In this document: in pieces, positions 57,083 through 64,000 of the stretch
Position numbering within the stretch: position 1 is the stretch's first letter
Layout of the letters: each line of letters starts with the position of its first letter
Assembly: GCA_031549415.1 (NCBI GenBank)
Contig: JAVBPU010000014.1
Location: 7,982-71,981, forward strand
Source: Eubacteriales bacterium
Lineage (GTDB): Bacteria; Bacillota; Clostridia; Christensenellales; Aristaeellaceae
Reading direction: 5' to 3'
DNA: 64,000 nucleotides
The notes under the pieces: generated by a model
Database searches by the model: none
Told to the model about the DNA's origin: nothing
Seen by the model: the letters and a program-made list of their open reading frames with translations, nothing else
Program-made: the position numbers and the translations under genes

Positions 57083-57110
57083 TTTACAATGCCGCAATAT
57101 GTGCTATAAT
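57083..57110 (+). promoter_or_regulatory. Strong sigma-A promoter with an extended -10 for the Pro/Met-rich protein gene
   Basis: TTTACA (57083..57088), 16 nt spacer, TGc-TATAAT (57102..57110). Confidence 0.6.
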
Positions 57111-57178
57111 AGTAGGGAGTATGCATTTTTTCCTCAACGCTTTTCTGACGAATCCGATTTGTGGTTAGGAGATGTCCC

Positions 57179-59011
57179 ATGAACGCTAGTAAGCGCACTC
57201 GATATGCCAGCACGCCTACCTATGGCATGCAAAAGCAAACCACCGCCAAAAAATCTGCGCCTCTGCCTTCTTCCTCTCCTGATTTTACGCAGATGCCCAT
57301 ACCTGAGCTTCCCCATATGCCCGCGCCCATGGCGCAAAATGGAATGCCCAGCTATGCCGCCAATCCCTTTTCTCCTCCTGTGAGCGCTATGCCTGGCCCC
57401 TCTTTTTTTCCGAGCCAAGCCCCCTCCTTGCCGCCCTTTGCTCCCATGCCCGGCGCAAACCATGCTATGTCCCACAACGTTCCCCCCTTTATACAACCCG
57501 GGCCGATGCAGTCCGTTCCCACCCAAGGTATGATGCAGCCTTTTTCGCCCATGGGCGGCGCACCCATGGGAGGCCTTCCCATCAGCGGCCCACCCATGGG
57601 AAATATGCTCACCGCAGGGGTCCCCATGGTAGCAGGCGTACCGATGACACCGCAACCTACGAATTCCTTTCTCCCTAGGCAGCAGGGCTTTGTTCCCCCG
57701 GTCAGCCCCATGCCCCTGGTTGCCATGCCCACCGCCCAGCAAAACCAAGGCCCGCCTTTTGGGCAATTCCCCAGCTCTCCCAAGGCCGCGCCGTTCCCTC
57801 CCATGGGACAAGCCCCCAGACCCCAAGGCTTTGTTCCTGGCGGCTTTTCTCCCATGGCCCCCACCTTTGGAACTGCGCCCATGGCCCCAGGCCCCGTTCA
57901 GATGGGCGGGCCTCCCCAGAACATGATGCCCTCCATGATGCCTTCCATGCCCGGCGGCGCTTTTGCCCCTCCCCCCCAGCCCCGGGAAGCGCAGCCCATG
58001 GATTGGAACAAAGTGCTGAAAGCCTACCTGTTTGGCATTTTGCCCGCTTTGTTCATTCCCTGCATTTTTGTGGCTCCCTCCATGGATTTTTTGCGGTACG
58101 CGTTCCTGGTGCTCTGTGTGATTGGTCTGGCTGCCATGTGGGTGCGCCGGTTATTCGTTTCTTCCACCTGCGCCACCATCTCCATTGTGTACGCCGCGCT
58201 GTGCATTGTGGTGGTGTCCCTGCTGCTCAGCGGCGCGCGGGATGCCCAACAGGCCAACGCCAATGCCAACCAGCCCGGCGCCGGACAAGCCACCTATGAA
58301 CCTGGCAGCGCCCAAAGCGGCGGAAGCGGCGGCGCCCCCTCTCCTGAAGCCGCGCCAACCCCCGCGCCGCCTGTGGCCTTGGGCGAATCGGATGCAGAGC
58401 AGCGCCTGATGATCTTTATGGATTTTTGGAGCGTCAAACGCATTGAGGACATGGTTTCTTTGGTACAGCCCAGCTGGGCCACCACCAAGGAGAACCCTTC
58501 CAAGGAACTATTCAACGTACTGCTGAACCGCACACCCCAGGACTATACCATTGAAGGTATTTCAGGATCGGACGCGGATAATTCCCGTACCGTCACTATG
58601 TCTGCCTCCATTGACAAAAACAACAACAAGGAGCCCGTCCGGTACCGGTTCATGATCCTGATGGTCAAAGAGAGCAACCAATGGTACGTGGACCCCAATT
58701 CCTTAGCCACCAACGATACGCTTACTCCCACCCCATCACCCGTGGACGGTCAAACGGCAGGCCCTACCACCATTGGGCTGGCCACCCCGGCCCCCACCAC
58801 CACCGTGACCCCCGTCCCCCCCCCCAATACCAAACTGTACTTCAACCCGGACGGCGGCAAACAGTACCACGCGGACCCCAATTGTCCCAAGGTGAAAGAG
58901 CAGTATTTGCCGCTGGCTGGCAACTTCATGTACAGCGAGCTGGGGAATGCCCCCTACAAATCCCTGCAACCTTGCCTGGCCTGTGGAGCGCCCATCGAAC
59001 CCCTGGAGTAG
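57179..59011 (+). CDS. Membrane protein with a roughly 275-aa Pro/Met/Gly-rich N-terminal region, 3-4 TM segments and an extracytoplasmic C-terminal domain (610 aa)
   Basis: ATG at 57179 after SD AGGAG. More than 20 MP/PM dipeptides (e.g. NMMPSMMPSMPGG). TM block LFGILPALFIPCIFVAP...IVVVSLLLSG. C-terminus YFNPDGGKQYHADPNCPKV...QPCLACGAP. Confidence 0.75.
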   Translation: MNASKRTRYASTPTYGMQKQTTAKKSAPLPSSSPDFTQMPIPELPHMPAPMAQNGMPSYAANPFSPPVSAMPGPSFFPSQAPSLPPFAPMPGANHAMSHNVPPFIQPGPMQSVPTQGMMQPFSPMGGAPMGGLPISGPPMGNMLTAGVPMVAGVPMTPQPTNSFLPRQQGFVPPVSPMPLVAMPTAQQNQGPPFGQFPSSPKAAPFPPMGQAPRPQGFVPGGFSPMAPTFGTAPMAPGPVQMGGPPQNMMPSMMPSMPGGAFAPPPQPREAQPMDWNKVLKAYLFGILPALFIPCIFVAPSMDFLRYAFLVLCVIGLAAMWVRRLFVSSTCATISIVYAALCIVVVSLLLSGARDAQQANANANQPGAGQATYEPGSAQSGGSGGAPSPEAAPTPAPPVALGESDAEQRLMIFMDFWSVKRIEDMVSLVQPSWATTKENPSKELFNVLLNRTPQDYTIEGISGSDADNSRTVTMSASIDKNNNKEPVRYRFMILMVKESNQWYVDPNSLATNDTLTPTPSPVDGQTAGPTTIGLATPAPTTTVTPVPPPNTKLYFNPDGGKQYHADPNCPKVKEQYLPLAGNFMYSELGNAPYKSLQPCLACGAPIEPLE

Positions 59012-59025
59012 CCAGACATCCCCAT

Positions 59026-59071
59026 AAAAAACCCGCCTCGCGAGCACAGCAGCTCCTTGAGGCGGGTTTTT
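59026..59071. terminator. Bidirectional rho-independent terminator between convergent genes
   Basis: AAAAAACCCGCCTC...GAGGCGGGTTTTT, with an inner GAGC/GCTC pairing. Confidence 0.75.
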
Positions 59072-59096
59072 GCGTCCCTGGAAATCGGGACTCTAT

Positions 59097-59150
59097 CACT
59101 GGTTATTGGTTCCTGGTCACTGGCTGCTAATCCTGGTTACTGGTTATAGG
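59097..59150. repeat. Short run of degenerate heptamers spanning the stop codon of the VanY-like gene
   Basis: Minus strand reads TAACCAG TAACCAG GATTAGCAGCCAG TGACCAG GAACCAA TAACCAG. Confidence 0.3.
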
Positions 59151-60330
59151 TATAGGCCATCACAATACCATCCAAATTGTCCATGGAGGCTTGAAAATCG
59201 CTGGAAGGGTTGGTGACGGGCAAATCATACGTGGTGAGTACCTCTGGCGCGGGCAACCGGAACACTTCATACAGAAGCTGGCCGTCCTTGTAGATGCAGA
59301 TATGGGGATGGTCCACCAGGAACTCCACATATTCTTCCAGACAATAATCCATGATGCGCATGGCAGCGGCATGGGCTTTCCCCACAAAGCGGTACAGGTT
59401 CATTTGAATGGATACCCCAGTCTTGTAGCTCTTATCCTCCCAGGCGGAGCTGGGAAAATCTGCCGTGGGGAAGCGGAAGATAACGCCATATTTCCATCCA
59501 TGCTCCGTAAACCACTTGCCCTGGTCAGATTGCTGAAACTTCGGCAAATCCGGATTGCTCTTGTTGTAAATATCCATCCGGAAGGAAAGCCCGCTCTGGT
59601 ATTCGCTGGTGCCAGGGAAATTCACAGATTTCTTGGTCTGCTCAATCAGAATATCTCCGCTGTAATCCGCGCTGAGCTTTTCTTTTTGTTTGTCAAAAAG
59701 CTGGGTTTGCATGTCCATGGTGCGGTAGGCTTCCCGAACCATGTAATCCTCCAACTTGTCTTCCCCGGCGGCGGTCACCATGGCCTGTAAGGCGTCAAAA
59801 GCGTTGGGCAGCAGCTTGACGGTATTATCCTGAACCTGAATTTTATACCCGCTGGCCGTACCCACGCCCACCAATTCCACATCGGAAAAATCACTGGGCA
59901 ACGGATGCCATGGGTTCACCAATAATAGCCCGCCATGCATCAAAGTGGTCCGGTCCAAGGTCTGCACCCGGGTATTCTCCAGGCCTGTTTTGCCTTCATC
60001 CTCAATGCGCCATACAGCGCCGTCAATGGTGCTTTCCCAGTGCTGTAGTTCGCTTCTATCCACAACTTCCTCAAATTCCGTGCTGCCGGAAGCGTTGCTG
60101 CGAAGCGTGTTCATCTTCGCATTAAACTCCTGTTGTGCTTCCATGTTGTACTTTTCCAAGGCTCTGGCCTTGGTGCGGTACTCGTTTTCAATCAAAAAGC
60201 GGCAAAGGAAAAAAGCGCCTCCGCCGATTACCACCAAGATGGCGAGAATCCCCGCTGTTTTCAAAAGCTGTTGATAGGGATCCTTCTTCATTTTGTGGAT
60301 TTTTTTGTTGGCATTGATCCGCATCCGCAT
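59137..60330 (-). CDS. Membrane-anchored VanY/M15B-like protein lacking all metal-binding and catalytic residues (probable pseudo-peptidase)
   Basis: TM segment AGILAILVVIGGGAFFLCRFLI. Fold signature LLLVNPWHPLP retained. SxHxxGxAxD reads SEYQSGLSFR, and EPWHxRYVG reads QMNLYRFVG. Confidence 0.75.
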   Translation of the reverse strand: MRMRINANKKIHKMKKDPYQQLLKTAGILAILVVIGGGAFFLCRFLIENEYRTKARALEKYNMEAQQEFNAKMNTLRSNASGSTEFEEVVDRSELQHWESTIDGAVWRIEDEGKTGLENTRVQTLDRTTLMHGGLLLVNPWHPLPSDFSDVELVGVGTASGYKIQVQDNTVKLLPNAFDALQAMVTAAGEDKLEDYMVREAYRTMDMQTQLFDKQKEKLSADYSGDILIEQTKKSVNFPGTSEYQSGLSFRMDIYNKSNPDLPKFQQSDQGKWFTEHGWKYGVIFRFPTADFPSSAWEDKSYKTGVSIQMNLYRFVGKAHAAAMRIMDYCLEEYVEFLVDHPHICIYKDGQLLYEVFRLPAPEVLTTYDLPVTNPSSDFQASMDNLDGIVMAYTYNQ

Positions 60331-60387
60331 GGGAAACCTCCCTTTCCAAACGCCTCGAAGAACAGGCTTTCCAGATGGCCGTTCGGC

Positions 60388-61239
60388 TTAATTCACCAAC
60401 CGGCCCATGACTTCAAAAATATGCTCCAGTTCCTCCGCGCTGCTATAGGTGAGTAAAATCTTGCCCTTTTTCTCGTTACCCGTCAAGGTGGTTTTTACTC
60501 CCAGGGCCTCACGCAATGTGTTTTGTAACGAGTTCAACTCCGCGCTCAGGCTTTGAGCCGTGGGGCTTGGCATGGCCCGGTGCGTACTCTGCTTTTGAGA
60601 CAACTCTTCCAGCTTGCGCACGCTGTAGTCATGTAGTATACATTGATGCGCCAGCTCCAATTGGCGGGACTCCGGAGAAACGCCTGCCAGCACGCGGGCA
60701 TGTCCGGCTGAAAGCTCCTGGTTGACCACCATGTTCAAAATTTCTTCCGGCAAGGTCAGCAGCCGAAGTAAATTGGTCACCGCTGGGCGGCTCTTGCCCA
60801 AGCGCTTGGAGGCTTCCTCCTGGGTGTAGTTGCATTCCTGCATCAGGCTGCGGATGGCGTTGGCTTCCTCAATAGGGTTGAGGTCCTGCCGTTGCAGGTT
60901 CTCAATCAGCGCCGCCTCCATCTGCTGGGCGTTGGTCATGCTGCGCACAATGCAGGGTACCGTTTCCAGCCCCGCCATGCGGGCGGCGCGGAACCGCCTT
61001 TCCCCTGCTACAATACGGAACCGGGACCCCTGCTCCACCACCAAAATGGGCGATAACACACCCGCCTGCCGAATGCTGTCCGCCAACTGTTCCAACGAAT
61101 CTTTGTCAAAATCCCGGCGGGGCTGGCCAGAGTTGGGGTCAATTTCCGAAATGGCAATATCCCGTACCACGGTTTCCAATATTTCCTCGTTCTGCGGAAG
61201 CAGTACGTCCAATCCTCTGCCAAGCCCAGTCTTTCTCAT
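60388..61239 (-). CDS. parB: Chromosome partitioning protein ParB (Spo0J type)
   Basis: GLGRGLDVLL, ParB box ISEIDPNSGQPRRDF and ILVVEQGSRFRIVAGERRFRAA. Confidence 0.92.
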   Translation of the reverse strand: MRKTGLGRGLDVLLPQNEEILETVVRDIAISEIDPNSGQPRRDFDKDSLEQLADSIRQAGVLSPILVVEQGSRFRIVAGERRFRAARMAGLETVPCIVRSMTNAQQMEAALIENLQRQDLNPIEEANAIRSLMQECNYTQEEASKRLGKSRPAVTNLLRLLTLPEEILNMVVNQELSAGHARVLAGVSPESRQLELAHQCILHDYSVRKLEELSQKQSTHRAMPSPTAQSLSAELNSLQNTLREALGVKTTLTGNEKKGKILLTYSSAEELEHIFEVMGRLVN

Positions 61240-61305
61240 GCCAGCCCGTCCCCTTTATCCATTAGCATACCCATTTCTATCCATCCTCATCACAGCCCCG
61301 CAAGT

Positions 61306-62064
61306 TCATTTGTTCCGTTCAATGATCTCTCGGGCCAATTGCCGGTAGGAATCAGCGCCAATGCTTTTGGAGTCGTATACATGAATGGGCACGCCATGGC
61401 TGGGCGCTTCCCCCAGGCGGATGTTGCGGGGAATGGCTGTGGAAAAAACCTTGCTTTTGAAATGCTTTTTGACGGAATCCACCACCTGCAGGCCCAAATT
61501 GGTCCGGCCATCCAGCATGGTCAGCAGCACGCCCTCAATATCCAGCCCCGGGTTGAAGGTTTGCTTTACCCGGTTGATGGTGTTCATCAAGCTGGTAACT
61601 CCTTCCAGGGCGTAATACTCGCACTGGATGGGAATCAACACCCGCTGCGCCGCCGTGAGCGCATTGAGCGTCAAAAGCCCCAGCGAAGGCGGGCAGTCGA
61701 TGAAAATCCAGTCGAATTCATTTTCAATGGCCTTGATGACATTTTTCAGGCGGTACTCCCGCTGTTCCAGGCCCACCAGTTCCAGCTCCGCGCCCGCCAG
61801 GCGGATATCCGCCGGAACCAGCCACAGATTCAGTACGGAAGTGTTCGTAATGCTGGCCGCCATAGGCGCACGGCCCATGAGAGCCTCGTACACGGTATTG
61901 CTGCCAGCACGAATGCCTAAGCCGCTGGTGCTATTCCCCTGTGGGTCCAAATCGACGAGCAATACCTTTTGCCCCGCTTCCGCCAAACAAGCGGTTAAAT
62001 TAATGGCGGAAGTCGTTTTGCCCACGCCGCCTTTTTGGTTGGTAATGGCGATCGTTTTCCCCAT
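61306..62064 (-). CDS. parA: Chromosome partitioning ATPase ParA (Soj type)
   Basis: Deviant Walker A NQKGGVGKTTSAINL, then LLVDLDPQGNSTSGLG. Confidence 0.94.
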   Translation of the reverse strand: MGKTIAITNQKGGVGKTTSAINLTACLAEAGQKVLLVDLDPQGNSTSGLGIRAGSNTVYEALMGRAPMAASITNTSVLNLWLVPADIRLAGAELELVGLEQREYRLKNVIKAIENEFDWIFIDCPPSLGLLTLNALTAAQRVLIPIQCEYYALEGVTSLMNTINRVKQTFNPGLDIEGVLLTMLDGRTNLGLQVVDSVKKHFKSKVFSTAIPRNIRLGEAPSHGVPIHVYDSKSIGADSYRQLAREIIERNK

Positions 62065-62157
62065 GCTCAGCCCTCATTATCCTATCGTTTGTGCGATTAA
62101 CGCCATTTCCTATTGTACAGTTTTTGCAGGAAAATGTAAAGTGTCGGGGGTTCGAGT

Positions 62158-63081
62158 CTAATAAAAGGGAAGGGAGATTTCCATGTCCCCGTCGTCGCCA
62201 AAAACATTCATATTATACGGTTCGGGGCCCGCGCTTTTCCGCACTTCTTCGTACTCAATTTGGGCGTCAATATCGCCGCCGCGGCCTTGGAATTCCGCCA
62301 CGGCCAACTGCCATTCATCCGTAAACTCTTCCAGGGTCATTTCATTACGGGTAAGGTAGCCAGCCACTTCCTTGCCCACATACCGGAAATGCCAGGGTTC
62401 AAAGATGATGCCCGTAATATCCATGGCGCCATCGGGATACCGCAGGATGAATCCAAATTTCGTACAGTTCTCCTTCATCCATTGCGCTTCCGCCGTTTCG
62501 GAAAAATCGGTGGTCATGCGCGGACGCTTGGCATAATCCCCATTGAGGATGTCACAGGCCAGACCTGTTTGGTGTTCGCTGGCGCCCGGATAGGCCACCA
62601 CGCCATCGTCCTTCCCGCCATTGGACTCCAAGCGGTTGCTATACGTGGTTTTTTGCGTGCCGTAGGACCGGTACCCACTTTTCAAAAACAGCGTGTACCC
62701 CGCTTCTTTGGCAGCATCAAACATCCCTTCTAGAGCTGTGGCGGCGATCTCCCGCATAAAAACCTGCGCGGAAGTGGCCCTCTTCACGGACATCTTCACC
62801 AAATCCTGGGGCTCAAAGGTTTCGTCCAGGAGATTTTCCCGGTTCACCAGCTTGCTTTCATCCGTGTACAAGGCGGCCATAGAGATCGCATAAGTCCAGC
62901 GGACAGCCGGGCCCTCTCCACCCACCTGCTCCTCCTGGATCGGCTCTTCCACGGTTTCCTCCTCCGGCTCCTCCTCAGAGGGCTCGTCAAACACATCATC
63001 CAGAGAGGATTCGGCCAACGCCTGGAAACAGCAAAAAACCACCAGCATCAGGGAGAACCATAGACAGATCAGCTTTTTCAT
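62158..63081 (-). CDS. Secreted D-alanyl-D-alanine carboxypeptidase, VanY/M15B family (intact motifs)
   Basis: Signal peptide. SGYRSYGTQ, SEHQTGLACD and EPWHFRYVG. Confidence 0.85.
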   Translation of the reverse strand: MKKLICLWFSLMLVVFCCFQALAESSLDDVFDEPSEEEPEEETVEEPIQEEQVGGEGPAVRWTYAISMAALYTDESKLVNRENLLDETFEPQDLVKMSVKRATSAQVFMREIAATALEGMFDAAKEAGYTLFLKSGYRSYGTQKTTYSNRLESNGGKDDGVVAYPGASEHQTGLACDILNGDYAKRPRMTTDFSETAEAQWMKENCTKFGFILRYPDGAMDITGIIFEPWHFRYVGKEVAGYLTRNEMTLEEFTDEWQLAVAEFQGRGGDIDAQIEYEEVRKSAGPEPYNMNVFGDDGDMEISLPFY

Positions 63082-63764
63082 GGAAGCACCTCATTATCCG
63101 CTACATGCAATAAATAGTCATATGTCTCTAGGCGATGGGCTGAAATATACAGCTCCATGGGGATGCTTGCCTCAAAAATGGCGGTGGCGTGCTCCACGCC
63201 CACATACCGCACGTGCCATGGCTCAAAGCTATAGCCCGTGATTTCTTCATATCCTTCTTGATAGCGCACCACAAACCCAAACCGATGCGCGTTTTCGCTG
63301 ACCCAGATGCCGGCCTTGGTTTTGCCAAACTTGGAATTGAGCTGGGAGCTTCCCTTCTGCGCCAGGTCCATGGCCATGCCCAACTGATGCTCGCTGGTCC
63401 CCGGCAACGCCACCAGCGCGTCCGCTTTTTCCACGCTGCCCGTGGTGGCTTTCTTTCTGGCATAAATGGTGGCCTGCTTGGAATATCCTCTGTATCCGGA
63501 CACGGTAGCCAAGGCCACATTTTCTTCCTTGGCTGCCGCAAACATGGTTTCCAGGGCTGTGGCCGCGTCGTCCCGCATGGCCTGTGACATCCCGAAAACC
63601 ATCGTTTTGCGGATCTCGGGCACGTAGGCCTCGTGGATCTCGTGCTGGCGGTTCACCAAGAAGGCTGTGCCGGTCACGTCTTTATCCGGCATGGCCTTGT
63701 GGAAGCTTCCTTCCAGCAGCCCCACCGTCAGCGTCACCACAGAAACTACCTTTTCAAACAGCAA
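63078..63764 (-). CDS. VanY/M15B-family peptidase paralogue (intact motifs)
   Basis: SGYRGYSKQ, SEHQLGMAMD and EPWHVRYVG. Its stop overlaps the downstream paralogue's start by 4 nt. The TTG start is uncertain. Confidence 0.78.
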   Translation of the reverse strand: MLFEKVVSVVTLTVGLLEGSFHKAMPDKDVTGTAFLVNRQHEIHEAYVPEIRKTMVFGMSQAMRDDAATALETMFAAAKEENVALATVSGYRGYSKQATIYARKKATTGSVEKADALVALPGTSEHQLGMAMDLAQKGSSQLNSKFGKTKAGIWVSENAHRFGFVVRYQEGYEEITGYSFEPWHVRYVGVEHATAIFEASIPMELYISAHRLETYDYLLHVADNEVLP

Positions 63765-63808
63765 GTCCCTTTCACGTCCCTTCGAGCATGGGATGCAGAA
63801 ATAATCAA

Positions 63809-64000
63809 CTATTTTAGTTCGTCACTCAGCAACGTGGCTCCTTCTTGGCAAGCAATTTTTACATATTGGGCTTTTGCCCGCAGGGTTACGGTCACGCCGG
63901 TGTCCCCATGCTCTTGGGCCAGAATGCTGCCATAGCCGTGCAATTTGGAAAGCAAGCCGTATTGAGAAAAAGGGATCTGCAGCTTTACTGTTTGCATGCC
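63809..64000 (-). CDS. 3' end of a gene running off the window, possibly the C-terminal domain of a GTPase such as HflX (weak call)
   Basis: The frame is open to position 64000. The last 62 aa (KLQIPFSQYGLLSKLHGYGSILAQEHGDTGVTVTLRA...) resemble HflX C-termini only from memory. Confidence 0.3.
   Translation of the reverse strand, partial: GMQTVKLQIPFSQYGLLSKLHGYGSILAQEHGDTGVTVTLRAKAQYVKIACQEGATLLSDELK

Noticed and set aside
57121-57168. A 15-codon upstream ORF (MHFFLNAFLTNPICG) whose TAG overlaps the SD of the Pro/Met-rich gene.
   Set aside because: Its ATG is about 4 nt from the predicted transcription start, with only 1 nt between a GGGAG and the ATG. There is no support for translation.
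57161-57200. The N-terminus MNASKRT of the Pro/Met-rich protein is identical to a conserved heptapeptide of ribosomal protein L28 as I recall the Bacillus sequence (..RSHAMNASKRTW..). The gene also occupies the rpmB slot next to asp23.
   Set aside because: Only 7 residues match. The upstream in-frame sequence is closed by a TGA at 57146 and shows no L28 zinc-knuckle or GNN.SH motif in any frame. The evidence is insufficient for an rpmB-remnant claim. It would need an L28 HMM scan of 56935..57260 and location of the real rpmB.
62141-62158. A tRNA T-arm-like string, GTGTCGGGGGTTCGAGTC, just downstream of a VanY gene. This could be an att scar.
   Set aside because: The 3' half of the T-stem and the acceptor end are absent. 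No cloverleaf can be drawn from the flanking sequence. att duplications normally retain the tRNA 3' end. Possibly a chance match.
1-64000. CRISPR arrays, rRNA genes, IS elements and known defence-system signatures (nuclease/helicase/TIR/STAND-type gene sets).
   Set aside because: Reading both strands, I saw no regularly spaced direct repeats, no transposase-like ORFs and no such gene sets. The only helicase is RecG, in its conserved context.

Overview
This is a 64-kb window from a high-GC Gram-positive anaerobe. Gene content (sporulation-type genes, [FeFe] hydrogenase, Firmicute-style operons) suggests Clostridia, possibly Oscillospiraceae-like, but that is inference only. About 60 of roughly 66 genes lie on the minus strand and soj/spo0J-type parAB sit at the right edge, so the window probably lies on the replichore just left of oriC. 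The left 3.1 kb is visibly AT-richer. It is the right end of a decaying prophage or integrative element: a Cro-like gene with an in-frame TAG, an intact CI-like repressor, a repeated ACTTNAAGT operator, and a tyrosine integrase with two frameshifts. It abuts two tandem tRNA-Ser genes. The rest is mostly housekeeping: hslVU, trmFO, topA, dprA, a YifB/ComM ATPase, rnhB, rbgA, holB, ricT, darA, ilvE, nudC, nfeD-floA, a family-4 UDG, trmL, recG, yloV and asp23. Interspersed are less ordinary items. (1) A HydABC-type [FeFe] hydrogenase operon has a Rex-like operator and is preceded by a tightly packed five-gene module (DRTGG, SpoIIAB-like ATPase, sensor-like H-cluster protein without PAS, DRTGG, PHP) with no recognisable output partner. 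(2) A 1,422-aa polypeptide fuses two GT-C glycosyltransferase cores with two glycan-binding modules and is translationally coupled to rnhB. (3) A 1,484-aa SpoIID-domain protein carries 11 SH3b-like repeats and sits inside the holB-ricT-yabB cluster next to a 56-aa ferredoxin that the ORF track missed. (4) A membrane protein has a roughly 275-aa Pro/Met-rich N-terminal region. (5) Three M15B/VanY-like genes flank parAB, and one has lost every catalytic residue. (6) An orphan LytTR regulator is coupled to a small membrane protein. No CRISPR array, rRNA gene or recognisable defence system was seen. The sensor-like hydrogenase module is the best candidate for a poorly described system, but it is not demonstrably novel from sequence alone.
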